A DNA stretch of 40,007 nucleotides from an uncultured Candidatus Saccharibacteria bacterium (GTDB lineage Bacteria; Patescibacteriota; Minisyncoccia; Minisyncoccales; Minisyncoccaceae): assembly GCA_964581805.1 (NCBI GenBank), contig CAZOPO010000002.1:1-40007 (forward strand), written 5' to 3'. Position numbers and translations under genes: made by a program. Below, piece after piece: positions 34,624 to 40,007 of the stretch. The notes beneath the pieces are model-generated. The model saw nothing but the letters and a program-made list of their open reading frames with translations. It did not search any database and had not been told where the DNA came from. Numbering within the stretch: the first letter of the stretch is position 1; each line of letters starts with the position of its first letter.

Positions 34624-35533
34624 ATGTTTAGCTTTGATGTCAGGAGGTCTTGATTCCATACTAGTCTCTAAGATTTTAAAAGACGATGGAGTTTCTGTTA
34701 CACCAATATGTTTCAAAAGCTATTTTTTTGATTCTCAACAGTCAGAAAAATCTGTTAAGCAATTAGGTTTAAAATTAAGAGTAGTGGATATTAGTGAAGA
34801 ACATTTAAAAATGATTAAAAATCCTTTGCACGGAAGGGGAAAGGGATTTAATCCTTGTATTGATTGTCATTCATTGATGATTAAAGAAGCAGAGAAGATA
34901 ATGAAAAAAGAAGGATATGATTTCATCGCTACTGGTGAAGTTTTGGGTCAGCGTCCTATGTCTCAAAATGCAAACTCTTTAAAAATAATTGATAAAAGTG
35001 TTAAATCTTCAAGATTAATTATTCGCCCTTTGTCAGCTAAACTTTTACCTTTAACAATTCCCGAAGAAAAAGGAATGGTCAAAACTCTTTATGCAATTTC
35101 TGGAAAGAGAAGAGAAGATCAAATTAATCTAGCTAAAAAACTTAAAATTAAAGAATATCCTTCACCAGCGGGAGGGTGTATTCTAACTGATTTAAATTAT
35201 GCAAAAAATCTTAAGAAATTAAAGGAATTAAAAAATAACTTTTCTTCTAATGATGTTTTGATTTTAAGAGAAGGAAGAGTTTTTTGGGAAAATCATATTT
35301 TGATTATAGTAGCTAGAGATGAAAATGAATGTAAGAATATAAATAAATTAAGATTAAAAAGTGATCTTGTTTTAGAGCCTAATAATTTTTCTGGCCCTAC
35401 GGTTCTTGTTCGTAGATACAAAAAATCACCTCGAGAAGAGGCGATTGATTTTGGTGTAAAATATCTTCTTAATTATTCTAATAAGAAGATTGATGATCCT
35501 ATTATTAAGCTTTTACCTTTTCTAAGATCTTAA
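34610..35533 (+). CDS. PP-loop ATP pyrophosphatase, ThiI/MnmA-like tRNA sulfurtransferase family
   Basis: SGGLDS PP-loop, NPCIDCH, and ATGEVLGQRPMSQ (ThiI-like TGE.lGQ..SQ). Confidence 0.5.
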   Translation: MKKYKCLALMSGGLDSILVSKILKDDGVSVTPICFKSYFFDSQQSEKSVKQLGLKLRVVDISEEHLKMIKNPLHGRGKGFNPCIDCHSLMIKEAEKIMKKEGYDFIATGEVLGQRPMSQNANSLKIIDKSVKSSRLIIRPLSAKLLPLTIPEEKGMVKTLYAISGKRREDQINLAKKLKIKEYPSPAGGCILTDLNYAKNLKKLKELKNNFSSNDVLILREGRVFWENHILIIVARDENECKNINKLRLKSDLVLEPNNFSGPTVLVRRYKKSPREEAIDFGVKYLLNYSNKKIDDPIIKLLPFLRS

Positions 35534-35852
35534 TAAAGATTTCATTATTTTCTTTAGCTAATTGAGATAATATCTTTCTATCTAGTTCAATAGAATTCTT
35601 TTTTAGTAAGTTTATAAATTTACTATAAGTAGTTCCATTCTTTCTGCAGATTGCATTAATCTGAACTTGCCATAATTGTCTTTTTACTCTTTTCTTAACT
35701 TTTCTGTCTCTGTAAGCATAAGACCAAGCTTTCATTAAGGCTTGTTTTGCTGCTGTATATTTAGATTTTCTGCTCCATCTATATCCTTTGGCAGCTTTAA
35801 TAACTTTCTTTCTTCTTTTATTGGCGGATACGCCTCGTTTTACTCTTACCAT
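35505..35852 (-). CDS. rplT: 50S ribosomal protein L20
   Basis: MVRVKRGVSANKRRKKVIKAAKGYRWSRK... is the canonical L20 N-terminus. Its 3' end overlaps the convergent PP-loop gene by 29 nt. Confidence 0.93.
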   Translation of the reverse strand: MVRVKRGVSANKRRKKVIKAAKGYRWSRKSKYTAAKQALMKAWSYAYRDRKVKKRVKRQLWQVQINAICRKNGTTYSKFINLLKKNSIELDRKILSQLAKENNEIFIKILEKVKA

Positions 35853-35856
35853 ATTT

Positions 35857-36048
35857 TTATGCTCCTAATAATTTTTTAATTTTCTTTGCTTCGGAAGGTG
35901 ACATTTCTATCAACTTCTTTAATTCTCTTTTTTTCTTGGAAGACTTCTTAGATAAAAGATGATCTTGTCCAACAACTCTTCTTAAAACTTTACCTGACTT
36001 GGTTACTTTAAATCTTTTTGTTAGTGATTTTCTTGTTTTTACTTTCAT
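35857..36048 (-). CDS. rpmI: 50S ribosomal protein L35
   Basis: MKVKTRKSLTKRFKVTKSGKV.R...G..HLL.KKS is the L35 pattern. Confidence 0.9.
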   Translation of the reverse strand: MKVKTRKSLTKRFKVTKSGKVLRRVVGQDHLLSKKSSKKKRELKKLIEMSPSEAKKIKKLLGA

Positions 36049-36049
36049 A

Positions 36050-36565
36050 TTATTTTTTTAAAATAGTCACTGATAGACCTTTTGGTTCTTTTTTAATTTC
36101 TTTTTCTACTTTTATTTCTAATTTGCTTCCTAGTATTTCAATAAATTTCTTAATTTTTTGGACTCCTACTTCTGATAATTGTTTTTCTCTTCCCTTTAAT
36201 CGTAATTCAACATTAATCTTATCACCTTTATTTAAAAACTTTTCAGCAGCAGATACTCTCGTATTAATATCATTGTCAGAAATGTTAAAGGATAATCTAA
36301 TACTTTTTGTTTCTCCGTGTCTACTTCCAGCAATATTCTTCTTTTCTTTCTTTTGAAGGGAATAAAGATGCTTACCGTAATTTCCAATTTTACATACCGG
36401 GGGATTAGCCTTATCAGTAACCATTATTAAGTCAAGTTCTTTTTCTTTGGCTATGTCTAATGCTTCTGATAGTTTAAAGACTCCTAATTGTTGTCCTTCT
36501 TCTCCGACTAATCTTACACTTTCCGCTTTTATTTGATTGTTGTATTGTGGTTTATTCAATTTAAT
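36050..36565 (-). CDS. infC: Translation initiation factor IF-3 (probable AUU start)
   Basis: IKAESVRLVGEEGQQLGV...PPVCKIGNYGK is the IF-3 pattern. The track start at 36598 (TTG) lies inside the tmRNA T-arm. ATT at 36565-36563 gives a normal-length N-terminus, and AUU starts are classical for infC. TTG at 36559 is an alternative start. Confidence 0.8.
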   Translation of the reverse strand: MKLNKPQYNNQIKAESVRLVGEEGQQLGVFKLSEALDIAKEKELDLIMVTDKANPPVCKIGNYGKHLYSLQKKEKKNIAGSRHGETKSIRLSFNISDNDINTRVSAAEKFLNKGDKINVELRLKGREKQLSEVGVQKIKKFIEILGSKLEIKVEKEIKKEPKGLSVTILKK

Positions 36566-36567
36566 TG

Positions 36568-36922
36568 TGGAGGTGGCGAGTAATGAGCCCGCGTCCAAAA
36601 ATTATTCCATAATATATCTACAAGTTTATTCCAATTTGTTTTTACAAGCTTTAAGACTATAAATTGGAAAAAATGTCTTAAACTTGAATTCAGTTTTTTT
36701 AAGCAAATATCCTCTGAATTAATGAATATTTGCCGTTCTCGCGATGTTTGTGCCCTTTACTACCCAGCGAGAATCGGTAGGAGGACATGCACTAAGCGTA
36801 TGCTAATGCAGGTTCTTCAAATAAGTTGTTTACACTTAAATTTTTTCTCCCAGTTTTACGAGGTTTGAGATGGCTCGACTTGCATACTATTTTCAAATCC
36901 TTGTCAAAGCGAATTCACCCCC
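36568..36922 (-). ncRNA. ssrA: tmRNA (SsrA), 355 nt, CCA not encoded
   Basis: The 5' end reads GGGGGUGAAUUCGCUUUGACAAGGAU. The 3' end reads GGACGCGGGCUCAUUACUCGCCACCUCCA. The acceptor stem is GGGGGUG/CACCUCC with a G3-U pair. The candidate tag frame GUA AAC AAC UUA UUU GAA GAA CCU GCA UUA GCA UAC GCU UAG (36833..36792) encodes (A)VNNLFEEPALAYA*. Confidence 0.9.
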
Positions 36923-37376
36923 TTGTGTTTATCTCGCTTTTTATTTTTCTTTCGATATCTCTTTTTTTGATGGATTCTCTTTTGTCAAACTTCTTCTTTC
37001 CTTTGGCTAAGCCAAATTCCAGCTTTATTTTGTATGTCCTAGTATAAACTGAAAGTGGTACTAAAGTCAAGCCTTTTTCTTTGTTTTTTCCTGTTAAATA
37101 GTCAATTTCTTTCCTATTTAAAAGTAATTTTCTTGGTCTTTGGGGGTTGTATGATTTTTCGGCATTGGCCATTTGATAAGGGGGAATATTAGCTCCTACC
37201 CAAAAAGCTTCAAAAGAACCATTTTTGTTAGGCTTTATTTCAACATATGTTCCTGATAAGCTGATTCCTCTAGTTCTTAAAGATTTTACTTCTTGGCCAG
37301 TCAAAACTAAGCCAGCTTGGAATTTTTCCAATATTTCGTAGTCAAAATAGGCTTTTTTGTTTTTGATATTGTCCAT
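36915..37376 (-). CDS. smpB: SsrA-binding protein SmpB
   Basis: KNKKAYFDYEILEKFQAGLVLTGQEVKS, a basic C-terminal tail, and adjacency to tmRNA. Confidence 0.92.
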   Translation of the reverse strand: MDNIKNKKAYFDYEILEKFQAGLVLTGQEVKSLRTRGISLSGTYVEIKPNKNGSFEAFWVGANIPPYQMANAEKSYNPQRPRKLLLNRKEIDYLTGKNKEKGLTLVPLSVYTRTYKIKLEFGLAKGKKKFDKRESIKKRDIERKIKSEINTRG

Positions 37377-37440
37377 ATTTTGATTCTATCTGATATTTTA
37401 ATAAAGTAAAAGCCTTATATCTTTTAATAATATAAATTTT

Positions 37441-37450
37441 TTGCTAGAAT
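37441..37450 (+). promoter_or_regulatory. Extended -10 element of argS (leaderless arrangement)
   Basis: TGcTAGAAT with the -10 at 37445-37450, 7 nt upstream of ATG 37458. The divergent smpB has TAGAAT (minus strand, 37388-37383) 6 nt upstream of its ATG. Confidence 0.5.
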
Positions 37451-37457
37451 CAACAAA

Positions 37458-39017
37458 ATGAATATTAAAGAAGAAATTAAAAATAGTATTAAGGCCTCCT
37501 TAAATCTTATTAATTATAATGATGATTTTAATATTAAAATAAGCAGATCACAAAAATCTTCTTTTGGTGATTATTCAACAAGCATCGCTATGGAAATAGG
37601 AAGAGAAAGAAAAGAAAATCCGATGGAAATAGCAGAAAAGATACAAAAAAATATTAAAGGAGAATATTTTGAGAAAATAGAAGTTGCTTTTCCTGGATTT
37701 ATAAATTTCTATATTTCTGCGGAATACTTTTTTAAAGAAATTAATCAAATTAAGAAAGATTTTGGTCAATTTCCTAAAAAGAAAAAGAAAGTTCAAGTTG
37801 AATTTATATCTGCTAACCCAACAGGTCCCTTGACTGTGGGCAATGGTAGAGGAGGTCCTTTTGGAGATGTTTTAGCTAATGTTTTAAAAAAATACGGCTA
37901 TGAAGTTGAAAAGGCTTATTATATTAATGATCACGGAAAGCAGATATTATCTTTAGGTCATTCTGTTTTGAAAGATTCTGAAGCTAAATATACGGGAGAA
38001 TATATTGATCAATTGAATAAGAAAATTAAAGAAAAAGATCCTTATAAAGCAGGAAAGAAGGCTTCTCAATTTATTCTTAAAAATATAATTAGGAAGACGG
38101 TAGAGAAAATGAATATTCATTATAATCAATGGTTTTCGGAAAGTTCTTTATACAAAAGTGGAGAAGTTGATAATGTTTTAAGTCTTTTAAGGAGTGAAGG
38201 TCTTACTTATGAACAAGAAGGAGCAGAATGGTTTATGTCTACCGCTTTAGGTGACGAGAGAGATAGAGTAATTGTAAAATCAGATGGAGAAAAGACGTAT
38301 CTATTAGGAGATATTGCTTATCATCGAAACAAGTTTGAAAAGAAGAAGTTTGATAAAGTTATTAATATTTGGGGAGCAGATCATTATGGAGATGTTCCTG
38401 GTCTTATCGCAGGAGTAGAAGCAATGGGGCATATGAATAAATTAGAAATTGTTTTGCTTCAATTTGTTACTGTTTTGAAAGATGGTAAAACTTTAAGGAT
38501 GTCAAAAAGGCTAGGAACCTCAATTGCTATGGATGATTTATTAGATGAGATTTCATCAGATGTTATTAGATTCTTTTTTTTACAAAAATCAGCTGATACT
38601 CATTTAAATTTTAATTTAGATTTAGCTAAAGAACAGTCAGAAAAGAATCCGGTATTTTATGTTCAATATGCCTATGCAAGAATTTCTAGCATTTTAAGGA
38701 AATCAAAAAGATTTTTGAAAGGGAATAAAATTAAAAATGTTAAATTGTTAAATCACAAAAGAGAAATAGAATTAATGAAACAAATTTTAAGACTTCCTGA
38801 AGTAATTGAAGAAACAGCTAATGATTATGAAGTTCATCGAATTCCTCAGTATGCAATAGATTTGGCTACTTCTTTTCATAAATTCTACACAGAGTGTCAA
38901 GTTTTGAATGATGATAAAGATTTAAAAGAAGCAAGATTAAGTCTAGTCTATCTATCAAAAGTTGCTCTTAAAAACACTTTAGACTTGATGGGTATTAGTT
39001 CTCCTGAGAAGATGTAA
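37458..39017 (+). CDS. argS: Arginyl-tRNA synthetase
   Basis: SANPTGPLTVGNGRGG (HIGH region), MSKRLG (KMSKS-like), and a C-terminal DALR anticodon-binding region. Confidence 0.92.
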   Translation: MNIKEEIKNSIKASLNLINYNDDFNIKISRSQKSSFGDYSTSIAMEIGRERKENPMEIAEKIQKNIKGEYFEKIEVAFPGFINFYISAEYFFKEINQIKKDFGQFPKKKKKVQVEFISANPTGPLTVGNGRGGPFGDVLANVLKKYGYEVEKAYYINDHGKQILSLGHSVLKDSEAKYTGEYIDQLNKKIKEKDPYKAGKKASQFILKNIIRKTVEKMNIHYNQWFSESSLYKSGEVDNVLSLLRSEGLTYEQEGAEWFMSTALGDERDRVIVKSDGEKTYLLGDIAYHRNKFEKKKFDKVINIWGADHYGDVPGLIAGVEAMGHMNKLEIVLLQFVTVLKDGKTLRMSKRLGTSIAMDDLLDEISSDVIRFFFLQKSADTHLNFNLDLAKEQSEKNPVFYVQYAYARISSILRKSKRFLKGNKIKNVKLLNHKREIELMKQILRLPEVIEETANDYEVHRIPQYAIDLATSFHKFYTECQVLNDDKDLKEARLSLVYLSKVALKNTLDLMGISSPEKM

Positions 39018-39020
39018 TGT

Positions 39021-39049
39021 TTGACATTTCTTCTTGTATTTAAAATAAT
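39021..39049 (+). promoter_or_regulatory. Family-associated promoter (copy 3)
   Basis: TTGACA (39021-39026), a 17 nt spacer, AATAAT (39044-39049). GTTTGACATTTCTTCTTgTATTTAAaATAAT differs from the copy-2 promoter block at 2 positions. Confidence 0.55.
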
Positions 39050-39077
39050 TAAAATATATAAATAATTAAAATTAAAA

Positions 39078-39758
39078 ATGAATAAAAAAAGATTCTACAT
39101 TATTTCAAGTACCTTGCTTCTAATCGGACTATTCGCGGGAGTAGTTCAATATATTGGAGTAATTAATACTATCTATGCTGCCATTAATAATCCAGGACAC
39201 TCATGGAGTCAAATGGAATGTTCTGAGGATCTTTGTATCGATGCTACGAATCATAAAGTAATAATTAAAAACTTACAATTGAATGGCATGCTTTATGATA
39301 CGACAGGATATTCTGCTTCAGATTCTGCTTCTTTGCGCTTAACTGGAGAAGGTGTAAGATGGGACGAACCATTAACTTGGACCGGTAGTACGCATGGATT
39401 AATAGATTGTTCTAATATAGGTGGAACAGTGTTTAATACTGGTTCTGGCACAATATGTAGGATTAGCCAAGCAACTGTGCCTACGGGCTGGACACAAGCA
39501 GCAAACTGGCAAAGATATTCAATAGCTTCATGGGGTGGTGACGCTTGTGGAAGACATGTAAGCACGGCTCCTACAACTTGGAGTAACACATTAGCAATAA
39601 ATTACGGAGCAGGCTCTGTTCAGTGTACAAGTAGTTGTGGAACTTGCGCTGGTTTTGTAGGTCATTGGTGGGCGTATAATAGTTCATCGGGGCCTGTTTA
39701 TACTTTGACCACAACATCAAATCCTACTTCATATCGAGTAGAAGTAGGTGTCTATTAA
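39078..39758 (+). CDS. Secreted or membrane-anchored Cys-rich protein, family member 3 (8 Cys)
   Basis: The N-terminal 48 aa are nearly identical to member 2 (MNKKRFYIISSTLLLIGLFAGVVQY...NPGHSWSQMEC). Core DCSNIGG...ICRI...VPTGW. C-terminus RVEVGVY*. Confidence 0.8.
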   Translation: MNKKRFYIISSTLLLIGLFAGVVQYIGVINTIYAAINNPGHSWSQMECSEDLCIDATNHKVIIKNLQLNGMLYDTTGYSASDSASLRLTGEGVRWDEPLTWTGSTHGLIDCSNIGGTVFNTGSGTICRISQATVPTGWTQAANWQRYSIASWGGDACGRHVSTAPTTWSNTLAINYGAGSVQCTSSCGTCAGFVGHWWAYNSSSGPVYTLTTTSNPTSYRVEVGVY

Positions 39759-39791
39759 TTTGGATATTCTCTTAATTTTTTATTTCAAAAT

Positions 39792-39817
39792 AAGACCTAC
39801 TTTAAAAGTAGGTCTTT
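39792..39817 (+). terminator. Palindromic hairpin after family member 3
   Basis: AAGACCTACT-TTTAAA-AGTAGGTCTT is a perfect 10-bp stem followed by a short T-run. Confidence 0.5.
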
Positions 39818-39865
39818 AGTTAATAATTTATTGCCTTTAAGGTTAAAATCTGCTATTTTTAAGGT

Positions 39866-40007
39866 ATGAAAGTTGATTTTAAAAATAGGTATTTTTTCTT
39901 AAGGCACGGTAAAAATATTCATCAGACAGATTTAAAAGATATAGTCTATGGCTTTCCTGATGACAATCCTCCTTGTTCTTTAATTGAAGAAGGAATTTTG
40001 CAATCTA
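39866..40007 (+). CDS. Histidine phosphatase (phosphoglycerate-mutase-like) family protein, N-terminal part (runs off the window)
   Basis: MKVDFKNRYFFLRHGKNIHQ contains the RHG catalytic motif at the usual position. Confidence 0.6.
   Translation, partial: MKVDFKNRYFFLRHGKNIHQTDLKDIVYGFPDDNPPCSLIEEGILQS

Noticed and set aside
35505-35533. 29-nt convergent overlap between the PP-loop gene 3' end and the rplT 3' end as a regulatory antisense feature.
   Set aside because: It probably reflects genome compaction or a slightly shorter true end of the PP-loop ORF. No structure or motif was seen in the overlap.
36826-37047. Plus-strand 73-aa ORF across the tmRNA/smpB junction, and the N-terminal extension of infC (36566..36598).
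   Set aside because: Both overlap the tmRNA gene, whose 5' and 3' ends and acceptor/T-arm pairing are clear. The infC extension starts at a TTG inside the tmRNA T-arm.

Overview
This is a low-GC (roughly 30% by hand count of sample lines), very gene-dense bacterial window. It uses the standard genetic code: TGA closes conserved C-termini such as ruvA, mutM and smpB. The gene content suggests a reduced-genome, CPR/Patescibacteria-like organism; that placement is inference. Most of the window is housekeeping. It holds the dnaN 3' end, a class A PBP, tyrS, yebC-ruvC, ruvB, a PilB/GspE-type ATPase, tsaE, a stand-alone 5'-3' exonuclease, a PAS histidine kinase with a receiver-only regulator, mutM, holA, rpsT, ruvA and murE. 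It also holds a complete F1Fo ATP synthase operon, Elp3, mltG, greA, PolX, rplT-rpmI-infC, tmRNA with smpB, and argS. No rRNA, tRNA, CRISPR array or transposase was seen. Signals beyond housekeeping: (1) A dispersed family of secreted, cysteine-rich proteins with tail-fibre-like motifs has 3 intact copies plus 1 promoter/5' remnant. The promoter, 5' module and C-terminus are conserved, and the interiors are unrelated and GC-enriched. (2) One copy sits behind a (CT)9 repeat inside a leaderless mini-ORF followed by an attenuator-like hairpin. (3) A strongly structured orphan RNA of about 165 nt has its own near-consensus promoter and terminator. (4) Elp3 and a Trm9-like methyltransferase are divergent neighbours with overlapping start codons. 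(5) smpB, tmRNA and infC are packed with overlaps. (6) Promoter -10 boxes repeatedly sit 6-7 nt upstream of ATG, suggesting widespread leaderless mRNAs. All functional calls come from motif recognition by eye; no searches were run.
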